A stretch of 64,000 nt of DNA from Coriobacteriaceae bacterium (GCA_019421015.1 JAHZGC010000015.1:15795-79794); one strand, 5' to 3'. Counted from the first letter of the stretch, positions 42,980-53,522 are shown. The notes: generated by a model not told the origin, from the letters alone. Translations and numbers: made by a program.

Positions 42980-43444
42980 ATGGACGCTTCCCTCACCTGT
43001 GCCAGCGACTCCGGAGTACCGTCGACCCTGGCCCTCCTCCAGCAGTTTCGCCGCTGCGCCCACCTGCAGCGCCACACCTCGGCCCCCCACGGCGGAACGC
43101 GCATCCTGATCAAGCTCCTCACCAACGGTCCAATAACCCAGCGCGCCCTTGCCGACCTACTCGAGCGCACGCCGGCCACCCTGAGCCAGCAGCTCGAGCC
43201 CCTGGAGCAGGCGGGCCTTATCGAGCGCGCGCCGCTCGAGACCGATCGGCGCACCATGGTCGTGCGGCTTACGGAGTCCGGCGCGACCGCCGCCCATGAG
43301 GCCCAGGCCTGGCGTCAACAGGTGGCCGACGAGCTGTTCGGGCAGCTCGACCCTCGGGACCGCCGCGACCTCCTGCGCATCCTCGCAGACCTCGAGTCCT
43401 CCTGGCGCGCCCGGGCGGCCGGCGACGGAGAGGCCTCGCGATGA
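42980..43444 (+). CDS. MarR-family transcriptional regulator
   Basis: ATG 42980 after GGAGGA. ILIKLLTNGPITQRALADLLERTPATLSQQLEPLEQAGLIERAPLETDRRTMVVRLTESG is a winged-helix MarR core. Its stop overlaps the next start (ATGA). Confidence 0.8.
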   Translation: MDASLTCASDSGVPSTLALLQQFRRCAHLQRHTSAPHGGTRILIKLLTNGPITQRALADLLERTPATLSQQLEPLEQAGLIERAPLETDRRTMVVRLTESGATAAHEAQAWRQQVADELFGQLDPRDRRDLLRILADLESSWRARAAGDGEASR

Positions 43445-45207
43445 GGCTCGCCTTCTCCTATCTGCGCCACCACCTGGGGCTGTACCTCGTTGCCCTGCTC
43501 TTCCTCGTGGTCGAGGCCCTGTGCGACCTCGCGCAGCCTTCGCTCATGGCCCTTGTGGTCGACCATGGCGTGCAGACGCGCGACGTGGGCACCATCCTTT
43601 CCTACGGCATCGCCATGGTCGGCGTTGCCCTGGGAGGGGCGTTGGCGGCCGTGGTTCGCAACAACGTCGCGAACCACGTGGCCCAGACCGTTGGCTACGA
43701 GATGCGCGGCGACCTGTACCGGGCGGTTCAGGCCCTCTCGGCCGAGAACATCGACCGCCTTCAGACCGCCTCCGTCATCACGCGCATGACCAACGACGTT
43801 ACGACGGTCGTGAACTTCGTGAACTCCACGATGCGCATCGCCGTCAAGATGCCCATCACCTGCATAGGCGCCGTGGCGCTCATCATCTACCAGACCCCGC
43901 GCTTCGCCCCCGTGCTCCTGGTGGTCGTGGCCGCCGTCGTGGTGCTCGTCGTTCTGAACATGCGCCTGAGCAGCCCGCGTTACCGGGGCCTCCAGCGTGC
44001 CATGGACCGGCTGAACGGCGTGAGCCGCGAGTTCCTCTCCTCGGTGTGCACGGTCAAGGCCTTCGGCGCCCAGGAGCAGGAGAGGACCCGCTTCACGGGT
44101 GCGGCCACCGCCACGGCTCAGGCGGGCATCCATGCCATGGCGCTCCCGTCGGTGCTCTCGCCCCTGGTGACCCTTGCGGTGAATCTGGGCATCGTGGTGC
44201 TCCTGTGGCTGTCTCGGGCCCAAAACGCCGACGAGATCGGTCGCCTCATGGCGTCGCTCAACTACATGACCCAGCTCGTGCAGTCGCTGGGGATGCTCAA
44301 CATGGTCGTGAACTCCGCGGCGCGCTGCAACGTCTCATCCGCCCGCATCGAGGAGGTGCTCCGGGAGCAGCCAGCTCAGTCGTGGCGGCCATTGGGCGAT
44401 AAGCCCGCGCAGATCCTGGGCGCCGTGGCCTTCCGCGACGTTTCGTTCACCTATGCCGGCTCCTCTCGCCCCGCCTTGGAGCAGGTGAGCTTCGAGCTGG
44501 ATCCCGGGCAGACCTTGGGGATCATCGGTCCCACCGGTTCGGGCAAAACCACGCTTGCCGATCTCGTCGCCCGACTGTACGACGCCACCGAGGGCACGGT
44601 GCTTCTTGATGGGCGCGATATCCGTTCGATTCCCGTCGAAGAGCTGCGCAAGGGGGTCTCGTTGGTTCCGCAGGCTTCGACCCTGTTTGCCGGAACGGTG
44701 GCGGAGAACCTGCGTTGGGGCGACGAGGACGCCTCGATGGCGCAGTTGCGCGAGGCGTGCCGCATCGCCCAGGCCGACGAGTTCGTCGAGAGGCTCTCCC
44801 ACGGGTACGACTCCGTGCTGGGGCAGGGGGGCGTGAACCTCTCGGGAGGCCAGCGCCAGCGTCTCTGCCTTGCAAGGGCGCTCGTGCGCCGCCCCAGGGT
44901 CCTTGTACTCGACGATTGCACGAGCGCCCTCGACGGTTCGACCGAGCGGGCCGTGCTCGAGGGGCTCCGCACTCATCTGACCCGCACCACGGTGCTTCTG
45001 GTGAGCCAGCGCATCGCCACGGTGCGCGGCGCCGACCTCGTTCTTTGCCTCGAGAACGGCCGTGTGAGCGGTCTGGGGACCCACAACGAGCTGCTGCGTT
45101 CCTGCGACGCCTATCGGGCCATCGTCTCCTCGCAGCTCGGCTCCGACGCCCTGCCCCCCAAAGCCGCAGACCTCGATTCCCAGGAACGGGAGGCGCGCCA
45201 TGGATAA
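43441..45207 (+). CDS. ABC exporter, fused permease/ATPase (half-transporter 1)
   Basis: Six-TM N-terminal domain. Walker A GPTGSGKTT. Signature LSGGQRQRL. Walker B VLVLDD. Confidence 0.85.
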   Translation: MRLAFSYLRHHLGLYLVALLFLVVEALCDLAQPSLMALVVDHGVQTRDVGTILSYGIAMVGVALGGALAAVVRNNVANHVAQTVGYEMRGDLYRAVQALSAENIDRLQTASVITRMTNDVTTVVNFVNSTMRIAVKMPITCIGAVALIIYQTPRFAPVLLVVVAAVVVLVVLNMRLSSPRYRGLQRAMDRLNGVSREFLSSVCTVKAFGAQEQERTRFTGAATATAQAGIHAMALPSVLSPLVTLAVNLGIVVLLWLSRAQNADEIGRLMASLNYMTQLVQSLGMLNMVVNSAARCNVSSARIEEVLREQPAQSWRPLGDKPAQILGAVAFRDVSFTYAGSSRPALEQVSFELDPGQTLGIIGPTGSGKTTLADLVARLYDATEGTVLLDGRDIRSIPVEELRKGVSLVPQASTLFAGTVAENLRWGDEDASMAQLREACRIAQADEFVERLSHGYDSVLGQGGVNLSGGQRQRLCLARALVRRPRVLVLDDCTSALDGSTERAVLEGLRTHLTRTTVLLVSQRIATVRGADLVLCLENGRVSGLGTHNELLRSCDAYRAIVSSQLGSDALPPKAADLDSQEREARHG

Positions 45208-47065
45208 TAACGTTGCCGACGGCCGCCCGATGGCGGACGGCCTTCCTCCGCAAAAGCACGGCCCTGGCCCCGGTGCCCGTTTTGCGCCCCCGACCAAGGC
45301 CGCCGACGGCCGCGGTACCGTGCGGCGCCTGCTCGACCTGGCCCGCGGCCATTGGCGCCCCCTGGTCGGCGCGGCCCTGCTCTCGTGCCTGATCGCAGCC
45401 GTTTCGGTGACCGCCCCGCTCGTGATCGGCTGGGCCGTGAACCTCGTTGAGGCGGGCGACCCCATAGGTGTTGCGGCCCTGGTCCTCACGGCGCTCTACG
45501 TGGGCAACGCCCTCACGAACATGGCCCAGGGGCTGCTCATGAACACGGTTGGCCAGCGCATCGTTCTCGACGCCCGGCTTATGCTGTTCAACGCCATGGA
45601 GCGGCTGCCCCTGTCGTTTTTTGACCGCCACCGCCACGGCGACCTCATGAGCCGCATCACCAACGACGTCGACAACATCTCGAGCACCATCTCCGCCTCT
45701 CTGGCCGAGCTCATGGTGCTTGCCATAACCATCGTGGGCATGCTGGTCGCCATGGTGAGCCTGAGCCTGCCGCTGACCCTGATCGCCCTTGTAGCGGTGG
45801 GGTTCATCTTCTGGTTCACGGGGTTTCTCACCCGTCATACGAGGCCTTTGTTTTTGGAGCAGCAGCGCGCGTTGGGTGAGCTGAATGCCCAGATAGAGGA
45901 GGGCATCGGCGGCTTGGTCCTGGTAAAGGTCTTTGGGCGCGAGGCGCGCATGACCGAGCGCTTTGAGGGTCTCAACGCTTCCTATGCCTCGGTGGCCACG
46001 CGGGCCCAGATCTGGTCGGGCTACCTCATGCCCATCACGGGGGTCGTGAACAACCTCACCTACGTGGGGGTGGCCGTCGCCGGCGGCGTCATGGCCGCCC
46101 GGGGCGCCGTGGACGTGGGCCTGGTGACGAGCTTCCTGCTCTATGCTAAGCAGTTCACCCGGCCCTTTGTGAACATCGCGAGCATCTACAACACGCTGCA
46201 GTCGGCCCTTGCCGGCGCGGAGCGCGTGTTCCAGGTCGTCGACGAGACCCCTGAGCCCGAGGACACCCCCGACGCCCTGCCCCTTGAGGACCCCCGTGGC
46301 CATGTGGTCCTGGACCATGTGACCTTTGGCTACGACCCTGACCACCCGGTCCTCAAAGACGTGTCCCTCGACATCCCCGCGGGGACCCGCGTTGCCGTGG
46401 TGGGCGAGACGGGCTCGGGCAAGACGACCCTTGTGAACCTGCTGGCGCGTTTTTACGACGTAGACAGCGGGTCGGTGCTCATCGACGGCCACGACGTGCG
46501 TGACTATCGCCTCGACGACGTGCGGGCCGCCTTTGGGACCGTGCTCCAGGAGGGGACCCTTGCCACGGCGAGCGTCTACGAGAACGTGGCCTATGGGTCG
46601 GTCGCCCGTGGTGGGGATGGGGCGGAAGGGGAGACGTCGCTCGACCCCGAGACGAAAAAGGCCGTTGAGCGGGCCGTGCGCGCCGTGGGCGCCGACGGCT
46701 TTGTGGAGCGGCTTCCCCAGGGATACGACACGGTGCTCGATCAGGGCGGAGCCCAGCTGAGCCAGGGGGAGCGCCAGCAGCTGACCATCGCCCGCGCCGT
46801 GATGGCCAACGCCCCCATCCTCATCCTCGACGAGGCCACGAGCTCGGTCGATACCGTTACCGAGCAGCGCATCCGCCGGGCGATTCTCGACCTTTCCAGC
46901 GATCGGACTTCGATCGTCATCGCCCACCGGCTTTCGACCGTGCGCGACTCCGACCTCATCGTCGTCCTCGACAACGGCCGCATCGTCGAGCAGGGGACCC
47001 ACGACGAGCTTGTGGCCCAAGGCGGCCGCTACGCCGCGATGTGGAAGGCCCAGACGGGGGAGTAA
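45200..47065 (+). CDS. ABC exporter, fused permease/ATPase (half-transporter 2)
   Basis: Overlaps the upstream gene by 8 nt. Walker A GETGSGKTT. Signature LSQGERQQL. Walker B ILILDEATS. Likely heterodimer partner. Confidence 0.85.
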   Translation: MDNNVADGRPMADGLPPQKHGPGPGARFAPPTKAADGRGTVRRLLDLARGHWRPLVGAALLSCLIAAVSVTAPLVIGWAVNLVEAGDPIGVAALVLTALYVGNALTNMAQGLLMNTVGQRIVLDARLMLFNAMERLPLSFFDRHRHGDLMSRITNDVDNISSTISASLAELMVLAITIVGMLVAMVSLSLPLTLIALVAVGFIFWFTGFLTRHTRPLFLEQQRALGELNAQIEEGIGGLVLVKVFGREARMTERFEGLNASYASVATRAQIWSGYLMPITGVVNNLTYVGVAVAGGVMAARGAVDVGLVTSFLLYAKQFTRPFVNIASIYNTLQSALAGAERVFQVVDETPEPEDTPDALPLEDPRGHVVLDHVTFGYDPDHPVLKDVSLDIPAGTRVAVVGETGSGKTTLVNLLARFYDVDSGSVLIDGHDVRDYRLDDVRAAFGTVLQEGTLATASVYENVAYGSVARGGDGAEGETSLDPETKKAVERAVRAVGADGFVERLPQGYDTVLDQGGAQLSQGERQQLTIARAVMANAPILILDEATSSVDTVTEQRIRRAILDLSSDRTSIVIAHRLSTVRDSDLIVVLDNGRIVEQGTHDELVAQGGRYAAMWKAQTGE

Positions 47066-47066
47066 A

Positions 47067-47098
47067 CCAAAAAGCCCGACCCCACCGTGGGGCCGGGC
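47067..47098 (-). terminator. Stem-loop terminator candidate for dfx (minus strand)
   Basis: GCCCGACCCCA (47074-47084) pairs with TGGGGCCGGGC (47088-47098) with one mismatch. On the plus strand the stem follows an A-run, so on the minus strand it is followed by TTTTTGG. Confidence 0.5.
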
Positions 47099-47150
47099 TC
47101 CAAAGGCGTCCCCGCAATTTGGCGAGACGGACACCCGATAAAAAGAGAAT

Positions 47151-47222
47151 CCCCGCTCGCAAGGCGCGCGAGGGTGATGCGTACTGGACGTACGTGAGCC
47201 CTCGCGGAACGCGGCGAGACGG
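47151..47222. repeat. Nested-hairpin repeat, family 1, copy C
   Basis: AAGGCG-CGCGAGGG-TGATGCGTAC-TGGA-CGTACGTGAG-CCCTCGCG-GAACGC-GGCGAGACGG. It lies between the dfx stop and the terminator hairpin. Confidence 0.75.
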
Positions 47223-47237
47223 CAATCTCAACAAACT

Positions 47238-47615
47238 TTAGAAGTCGGCTTTCCAGAGGCCGTGGAGATTGCAGTACGCATACACCACACCGTGCTCGGT
47301 GCCGTGGAAGTCGGTCTCGGGCTTCTCGCCGGGCGACAGGTAGTGCAGCTCGAGACGGCCGCCGTTGGCCAGGCAGATCCACTCGATGTAGTGCTCCTCG
47401 AGCATGGGGTGGGGGACCGAGCCCACCTGGACGTGGGTCACATGGCCGTTGTTGGTCTGAGTGACCACGGGCACGTGCTTCTCAGTGGCGGCGTCGGTGG
47501 AGTCGGCTACGAGCAGCTCCATGGGCTCGCCGCAGCAGACCGGGTTCACGTTGGCGTCGTGGACCATGAGCACGATGTTGCCGCAGTGGTTGCAGCGGTA
47601 GAACTTGACTTCCAT
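47238..47615 (-). CDS. dfx: Desulfoferrodoxin (2Fe superoxide reductase)
   Basis: N-terminal desulforedoxin motif YRCNHCGNIV...CCGEPM. Centre II residues EKHVPV, HPMLEEHYIEWI, CNLHGLW. Confidence 0.9.
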   Translation of the reverse strand: MEVKFYRCNHCGNIVLMVHDANVNPVCCGEPMELLVADSTDAATEKHVPVVTQTNNGHVTHVQVGSVPHPMLEEHYIEWICLANGGRLELHYLSPGEKPETDFHGTEHGVVYAYCNLHGLWKADF

Positions 47616-47794
47616 GGGATACCCCTTTCCTTTCTAAAACAGTGCGTCGAAACGGTTTGGTGCGCCGCCGAAACATCGAGGCCCTGCGGCGTGCCATCTT
47701 TCGTCTCCTTGTTCCCAACCGTGCTTTTGCCATGCACGGGACGGGGCCGATCACACAATCCGCTATGATTTGGCCCGCATCGGCCCAGGCGAAT

Positions 47795-47901
47795 CTATAG
47801 CAATCCACAGAATGGGTGGACAAGGCGCGCGAGGGCGCGGTGTGCTTAGGCACATAAGCCCGAGCGCAAGGAAGTATCGGCAATTCTGTGGATTGCTATA
47901 G
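47795..47901. repeat. Nested-hairpin repeat, family 2, copy E
   Basis: Perfect 19-bp outer inverted repeat CTATAGCAATCCACAGAAT / ATTCTGTGGATTGCTATAG. The inner core matches copy D apart from the loop (TTAG versus CGGA) and part of the 3' spacer. It ends 4 nt before the dtd RBS. Confidence 0.75.
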
Positions 47902-47916
47902 ACGCGGGAGGTTTTT

Positions 47917-48363
47917 GTGCGCGCACTTATCCAACGGGTCGAAGAGGCCCAGGTCGCTGTCGACGGTGGGGTTGTAGGCTCCATCGGGCGGGGGTTGCTC
48001 ATTCTGCTCGGCGTGGGCCAGACCGACGGGCGCCCCGAGGTGGACCGCTTGTGGGAGAAGACCCGCAAGCTGCGGATCTTCGAGGACGCCGCCGGCAAGA
48101 CGAACCTGTCGCTGGCAGACGTTGGCGGCCAGGTGCTCGTGGTGAGCCAGTTCACGCTCTACGCAGACTGCCGTCACGGCAACCGTCCCTCGTTTACGGC
48201 GGCCGGTGCGCCCGCGATCGCCGAGGAGCTGTACGGGTATTTTTGCAGCCTGGTGGAGCGCGACCTCGGAACGGTGGCCACCGGTGTGTTCGGGGCCGAC
48301 ATGAAGGTGTCGCTCGTGAACGACGGTCCGTTTACGGTATGGCTCGACACCGACGAGCTGTAA
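47917..48363 (+). CDS. dtd: D-aminoacyl-tRNA deacylase
   Basis: MRALIQRV..., [30 protein letters not shown] start after GGGAGG. Confidence 0.9.
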   Translation: MRALIQRVEEAQVAVDGGVVGSIGRGLLILLGVGQTDGRPEVDRLWEKTRKLRIFEDAAGKTNLSLADVGGQVLVVSQFTLYADCRHGNRPSFTAAGAPAIAEELYGYFCSLVERDLGTVATGVFGADMKVSLVNDGPFTVWLDTDEL

Positions 48364-48411
48364 TCCTCTTCGACCATGGCGACCGTTGACATCACAACTA
48401 AGGAGTGCCCC

Positions 48412-49014
48412 ATGCCCCATGACGCGCGTGACCCTTTGCCTGTCTCTTTGCGTGTCGCCCGGGTCGAGGACGCCCCGGCACTCGCAGCTATCTACCACCC
48501 CTACGTCACCGACACCGCCATCACCTTTGAGGTGGAGCCTCCCGACGCCGCCGAATTTGCCCGGCGCATAGCGCACACGCTCGAGAAATACCCCTACCTG
48601 GTGGCGGAGGACCCTGTGACGGGCGAGTTGCTGGGCTATGCCTACACCGGGGCGTTCAAGGGGCGGGCGGCCTACGACTGGTCGGTCGAGACGTCCATCT
48701 ACGTTGCACAGGGTGCGCGCGGCCGGCAGGTGGGTGCGAGGCTGCACCGCGGCCTGGTTGAGGCGAGCCGGCTGCAGGGCGTCACCAACCTCGAGGCCTG
48801 CATCGCCTACCCCGACGAAGGCGGCTCGGTCGGCTTCCATGATCGGCAGGGCTACCGTATGGTGGGGCGGTTCGACGCCTGCGCCTACAAGCTGGGGCGC
48901 TGGTGGGACATGGTATGGATGGAGCTCCACATCGCCGAGCACCTGGATGCCCCGGCTCCGCTGCGACTGTTTTCAGAGGTGCGCAGGGGGTTTGAGGCGA
49001 CCTTGGGCCGGTGA
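48412..49014 (+). CDS. GNAT-family N-acetyltransferase (phosphinothricin-acetyltransferase-like)
   Basis: ATG 48412 after AAGGAG. LRVARVEDAPALAAIYHPYV, YVAQGARGRQVGARL, GFHDRQGYRMVG fit the PAT-like GNAT layout. Confidence 0.75.
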   Translation: MPHDARDPLPVSLRVARVEDAPALAAIYHPYVTDTAITFEVEPPDAAEFARRIAHTLEKYPYLVAEDPVTGELLGYAYTGAFKGRAAYDWSVETSIYVAQGARGRQVGARLHRGLVEASRLQGVTNLEACIAYPDEGGSVGFHDRQGYRMVGRFDACAYKLGRWWDMVWMELHIAEHLDAPAPLRLFSEVRRGFEATLGR

Positions 49015-49224
49015 CGTGCGGGCAGAAATCCGAACTTTGCGACTCGGTCAGGGGTGCCTGTGGCAGGCAACCTGCGGGCCCCACGGTGCCCCTGGCCACC
49101 AAAAAGCCCGGGCGCGTGTGGGCGTCCGGGCTTGGACAAAGTGACTTCCTTACGGGCAGCGCTTCCTTGCGGGCGCGCTTTTCTGCGCCTCGGCCTTCGC
49201 ACGCGCCGGTCTTTGCGCGCGTCC

Positions 49225-49887
49225 CTACTCCTTCGACCCTTGAGCCTGCAGCTTGCGCAGCTTCTCGGCGAGCTCCTCGGCAGCGTGGCGGCGGTGGGAG
49301 ATGGCGTTCTTCTGCTCCTCGGTCAGCTCGGCCATGGTCTTGCCCGGGGCGTCGTCGGGCCAGAACAGCGGGTCGTACCCAAAGCCGTTCTCGCCGTGGG
49401 GCTCGCGGCCGATCCGGCCCTCGCAGAAGCCGACGGCGCTCGTACTGATCTGGTTCGAGACAAAGGCGAGGCTGCAGACGAAGCGGGCGGTGCGGTCGAT
49501 GTCGGCGACGTCTTTCATGGCTTCGAGCAGCTTTGCGTTGTTCGCCGCGTCGTCGCCGTGGACCCCGGCATAGCGGGCGGAGTGGACGCCGGGTGCGCCG
49601 TCGAGGGCGTCGACCATGAGGCCCGAGTCGTCGGCGATGACCGGCATCATGGTGAGGTTGTGGATGGCCTCGGCCTTGATGAAGGCGTTCTCCTCAAAGG
49701 TGCTCCCCGTCTCCTCGGGGACCGGGAAGCCGCCGATCTCACGCATCGGCTTGAAGTCCATGCCGGGAAGCACGTCCGAGAGGATGTCGCGGATCTCGGC
49801 CACCTTGTGGTCGTTGTTGCTGGCGATGACCACTACGCGGCGGCTCGCTTCTTCGGGCGTGAACAGGTTGTCATAGGAATCGGACAT
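49225..49887 (-). CDS. rdgB: Non-canonical purine NTP pyrophosphatase (RdgB/HAM1)
   Basis: Start trimmed to ATG 49887 (GGGAGG upstream). IASNNDHKVAEI, FEENAFIKA, ADDSGL, SARYAG, FGYDPLF. Confidence 0.9.
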   Translation of the reverse strand: MSDSYDNLFTPEEASRRVVVIASNNDHKVAEIRDILSDVLPGMDFKPMREIGGFPVPEETGSTFEENAFIKAEAIHNLTMMPVIADDSGLMVDALDGAPGVHSARYAGVHGDDAANNAKLLEAMKDVADIDRTARFVCSLAFVSNQISTSAVGFCEGRIGREPHGENGFGYDPLFWPDDAPGKTMAELTEEQKNAISHRRHAAEELAEKLRKLQAQGSKE

Positions 49888-50072
49888 GGTGTGCCTCCCC
49901 AATCGTTTTCGGGCCCGCGGGGGTCCGTGCCATCGGCTGCCTATGCGGGTGAAAAACCTTTCGCAGCGTCTTTCATCCATCTACCCAAGTTGACAGTACG
50001 TCATGCAAGACCGGGCGGCCTTTGGCCCGAGCAGAGAAGCCCAACAGAACCTCCACGTCGCGTTGCGGCTGG

Positions 50073-51017
50073 TCAGGGCCGGGCAAGTTCTTCGAGTTCC
50101 TCGAGGTCGATGCGCTCGATGCTTGCGAGGGGACGCCCAAAGATGAACTGCCCTGCAGCCGCAAAGGTTGTGATGTCGTCGCCGGTGGTGGCAAAACGGT
50201 GCCGCACGAGGCTGCCTGGGCGGGCGAGCTGGTTGCGGCGGGCCAAGGTCTGGGCCACCTCGCGGGTGGTTTCCTCGGCTGAGCTCACGATGCTCACCTC
50301 ACGACCCAGCACGGAGCGGATGGCGGGGGTGAGCAGCGGGAAGTGCGTGCAACCCAGCACGAGGGTGTCGATGCCCGACCCCTTGAGGGGGGCGAGGTCC
50401 TCATGGACCACCTCAAGGACCTCGTCGGTCATGAACACGCTGTGGTTGCGGCGCCAGTCCTCGTGAAGGTGGCGCCCCGTGGCGAGCTCGGACTCCACGA
50501 GGGGCACGAAGCGCGGGGTTGCCAGCGAGCGAACGTGCACGCCGGCATCCATACGGTGGATGGCACGGGCATAGGCGTCGCTTTCGATGGTGAGCGGCGT
50601 GGCGATGACGCCGACGCGCCTCGTGACGCTGGCTTGGATCGCCGCGCGGGCCCCGGGCACGATGACGCCGATCACCGGCACGTCGAAGGTGCGCTGGGCG
50701 AGCGGCAGGGCTGCGGCGGTCGCGGTGTTGCAGGCGATGACGATGAGCTTGACCGAGCGTTGGGCGAACCAAAGGCCGATCTGCCGCACGAACTCCCGGA
50801 TCTCGCTCGGCTCGCGCACGCCGTAAGGACAGCGCTTGGTGTCGCCCACATAATAGATGGACTCGTCGGGCAGGGTGGCGGCGATGCTGCGCGCCACGGT
50901 GAGGCCGCCCATGCCCGAATCAAAGATGCCGATCGGCGCGTTCTGGGGAGAGCCGGGCTGGGTCTGCCACGCGGTCCGCCCGGGCGTGGGGTCTTCGGCT
51001 AACGGGGACGACGCCAT
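50073..51017 (-). CDS. murI: Glutamate racemase
   Basis: Start trimmed to ATG 51017. IGIFDSGMGGLTV, IACNTATA, LGCTHFPLL. Confidence 0.9.
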   Translation of the reverse strand: MASSPLAEDPTPGRTAWQTQPGSPQNAPIGIFDSGMGGLTVARSIAATLPDESIYYVGDTKRCPYGVREPSEIREFVRQIGLWFAQRSVKLIVIACNTATAAALPLAQRTFDVPVIGVIVPGARAAIQASVTRRVGVIATPLTIESDAYARAIHRMDAGVHVRSLATPRFVPLVESELATGRHLHEDWRRNHSVFMTDEVLEVVHEDLAPLKGSGIDTLVLGCTHFPLLTPAIRSVLGREVSIVSSAEETTREVAQTLARRNQLARPGSLVRHRFATTGDDITTFAAAGQFIFGRPLASIERIDLEELEELARP

Positions 51018-51288
51018 GGCCTGCCTTTCATACGGTGACTCCCGCAGGACGGCTCGCTTGAGGGGCCGCCGTTGGGGCGCGCAACGCGCGGGTGCCATTG
51101 TAGCCCCAAACTTACAGGGGAGCGCAATGTCTTGGGAGATTGCCTGAAACGCCCGCAGCACTGTCGTGACGGCCGTTCCCGTCGTAAAATCTAGCAAGAG
51201 CTGCACGAGACCGCCTCCGACGCGGTCGACCATTGCATAGTAGGGCGCCGTCCCCACCTGTGGCCGGCGTCTGTGAGGAGTTTATAGA

Positions 51289-52806
51289 ATGGCGCTTTCG
51301 AACATACCGGCCCAGCGGGTCCCAGAGTCCGCCCCCCACACCCCCGTTGCTCCCCGGGAGACGGCCCCCTATTCCCGCGTTCGAGGTGGGACGCGCTACA
51401 CCCAGGTCGCCTCGACGCGCAGGCGCCGTCGAAACCTGGTGCTGGGCGTGGTGGCCACGGTGCTCGCCATGGTGGTGTTGGGCGCGGCCATCGCATTCGG
51501 CAGCGCCGCATCGTTCATCAACTCCATCGGCAACCGTCTGAACGAGAACGTCTCGGCCGCCACCAAGGCGGTCCTCGCCGAGCAGCAGGCCTCGGCGGTG
51601 CAGCTCACGAGCAACTGGACCGACATGTCGCCCTTTTATATGCTTTTACTTGGCGTCGACTCCAACGAGGCGCGCCTGGACGGCAGTGAGGTGGGCGACG
51701 TGGGGGCCTACGGCGCGGGTCAGGAGAACTACCGCACCGACACCATGATCCTCACCCGCGTGGATCCGGGTAATAAGAAGGTCACCCTCGTGTCCATCCA
51801 CCGCGATACGCTGTATCCCGTGGACGGTACCGACCGGCCGCAAAAGATCAACCAGGCCTACTCCATCGGCGGCGTGCCCAAGACCATCGAGGTGGTGAGC
51901 GACTTCGCTGGTGTGCCCATCTCCCACTACGCCGAGATCAACATCGACGGCCTCTACGCCATCGTCGACGCCCTGGGCGGCGTCGAGGTCGACGTGCCCT
52001 ACGACATCGACGACTGGTGGACGGGCTGGCACCTTGACGCGGGCCTGCAGACTCTGAATGGCGAGGAGGCCGAGATCTTCACCCGCTCGCGCCACGCCTA
52101 CGACGAGATCGGCGACGGCGACCGCTACCGCGCCGCCCACCAGCGCCTGTTCCTCGCGGCCGTGCTCAACAAGCTCATGGCGGCGAGTCCCATCGACATG
52201 GTGAGCGCGATCAACACCCTCTCGAACTACGTGACTACCGACCTCAGCCTCGACCAGATTATCAACCTGGCCCTCGCCATGCGCGGCATCGACGCCGAGA
52301 ACGACGTCTATTCAACCATGAACCCCACCGAGGCCGTAGTCATCAACGAGACCTATTACGAGCAGAACCAGGACTCCTATTGGCGCCAGATCATGGAGCA
52401 GGTCGACGAGGGCCTCAAGCCCGACTCCGACACCGCCTACCGTGCGGTGAACGACGACATCAACAACCCCAACCACGTGGCCGACGACGCCGCTGCGGCC
52501 TCCGGCCAGACCTCCGCGCCCATTCAGCCCGCCTATGTGAGCGACGCGCGGGTCGTCGTGCGCTCCTCGCCCGACTATGAGAGCGTGGCCGACGAGGTGC
52601 TCGCCACGCTGCAGGGGGCCGGCTACCGCGCCGAGGAGGGGAACACGGCCAACGTCACGCCCAACGGTCCCCGCGTGGTGTACGAGGATGCCGCCTACGC
52701 CTCGGTGGCCAAGGACATCGCCGGACTCATCGGGGGCGTCGCCACCGAAGCCGGTGACACCTGGTTGGTGACCGGCGACATCATGGTGGTCGCGGGTCCC
52801 AAGTAG
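51289..52806 (+). CDS. LytR-CpsA-Psr (LCP) family cell-envelope phosphotransferase
   Basis: N-terminal TM anchor (LVLGVVATVLAMVVLGAAIAF). YRTDTMILTRVDPGNKKVTLVSIHRDT and NIDGLYAIVDALGGVEV LCP core. Confidence 0.85.
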   Translation: MALSNIPAQRVPESAPHTPVAPRETAPYSRVRGGTRYTQVASTRRRRRNLVLGVVATVLAMVVLGAAIAFGSAASFINSIGNRLNENVSAATKAVLAEQQASAVQLTSNWTDMSPFYMLLLGVDSNEARLDGSEVGDVGAYGAGQENYRTDTMILTRVDPGNKKVTLVSIHRDTLYPVDGTDRPQKINQAYSIGGVPKTIEVVSDFAGVPISHYAEINIDGLYAIVDALGGVEVDVPYDIDDWWTGWHLDAGLQTLNGEEAEIFTRSRHAYDEIGDGDRYRAAHQRLFLAAVLNKLMAASPIDMVSAINTLSNYVTTDLSLDQIINLALAMRGIDAENDVYSTMNPTEAVVINETYYEQNQDSYWRQIMEQVDEGLKPDSDTAYRAVNDDINNPNHVADDAAAASGQTSAPIQPAYVSDARVVVRSSPDYESVADEVLATLQGAGYRAEEGNTANVTPNGPRVVYEDAAYASVAKDIAGLIGGVATEAGDTWLVTGDIMVVAGPK

Positions 52807-52838
52807 GCAGCTGCACGCCCTGCGCGGACGATGGAAAA

Positions 52839-52892
52839 AGACGCGGGCCGCCGTCGAGGGGGAGGTTCCCAACTCGACGGCGGCCCGCGTCT
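52839..52892 (+). terminator. Strong stem-loop after the LCP gene
   Basis: Perfect 20-bp stem AGACGCGGGCCGCCGTCGAG / CTCGACGGCGGCCCGCGTCT with a 14-nt loop, flanked by AAAA upstream and CTTT downstream. Confidence 0.6.
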
Positions 52893-53024
52893 TTGACAGT
52901 TCCGTGGTGTGCCACGGTTCTGGTATGGCTGTCTTTGCAATAATAAAAGTCTGTGCAATAAAAAACGAACCACCATCAAGCTCGAAATCATCCCGGCTAG
53001 ACGGTAGTTCGCATTTGTTTCCAA

Positions 53025-53380
53025 TGGTGGAGGCGCGGAGAATCGAACTCCGGTCCATGACCATCCCCTGGGGGGCATCTCCAGGCTCAGATTCCGTTTT
53101 GATCTCGGGCGGCGGTCATACGGCGTCAGACAACCGCAGCCCCAGTCCGTTCGGTCTTAGCGCACGGCATACAGACTACGTCCGTGCGAGCAGGCCTCAT
53201 ACATGGCGTCGCCCCGGGGCTAAGGCCGGACCCCGGTTTGACGTCGCTGGATTAATTAAGCAGCGAGGGCATAGCTATAGTTCTTGTCATTTATTTTGAC
53301 AAGTACCCCTGTTTAACGTGGCGAGGAGACCACGGCCTGCTTCCCCCCTCAGGACAACCATGTCGAAACCAGTCGCCCCC
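53025..53380 (-). ncRNA. ssrA: tmRNA (SsrA)
   Basis: Minus strand. 5' GGGGGCGACTGGTTTCGACATGG... and 3' ...CGGAGTTCGATTCTCCGCGCCTCCACCA (tRNA-like acceptor with a G:U third pair). The internal tag frame ends ...GAC AAG AAC TAT AGC TAT GCC CTC GCT GCT TAA (..DKNYSYALAA-stop). Confidence 0.9.
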
Positions 53381-53522
53381 AGATAGACCAGGCGCTGCGT
53401 TCCACCTTGTCAAGATGCGCCTGCCAGGCCCGATGAGCCAGGCACAACACAGGAGATGCATATTACGCGGGTAAAGTACCCAAGTCAAATTCTCTGCCGA
53501 TCTCACGAAAGGAATGCAATCC

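Noticed and set aside
44522-47134. 870-aa minus-strand ORF
   Set aside because: Antisense shadow of the two ABC exporter genes, which carry unmistakable Walker A/B and signature motifs on the plus strand.
53381-53413. TTGACA hexamer (minus strand, 53408-53413) as the tmRNA promoter
   Set aside because: It lies too close to the mature 5' end (about 28 nt), no acceptable -10 hexamer sits at a proper spacing, and tmRNA is processed from a precursor, so the assignment is not supportable.
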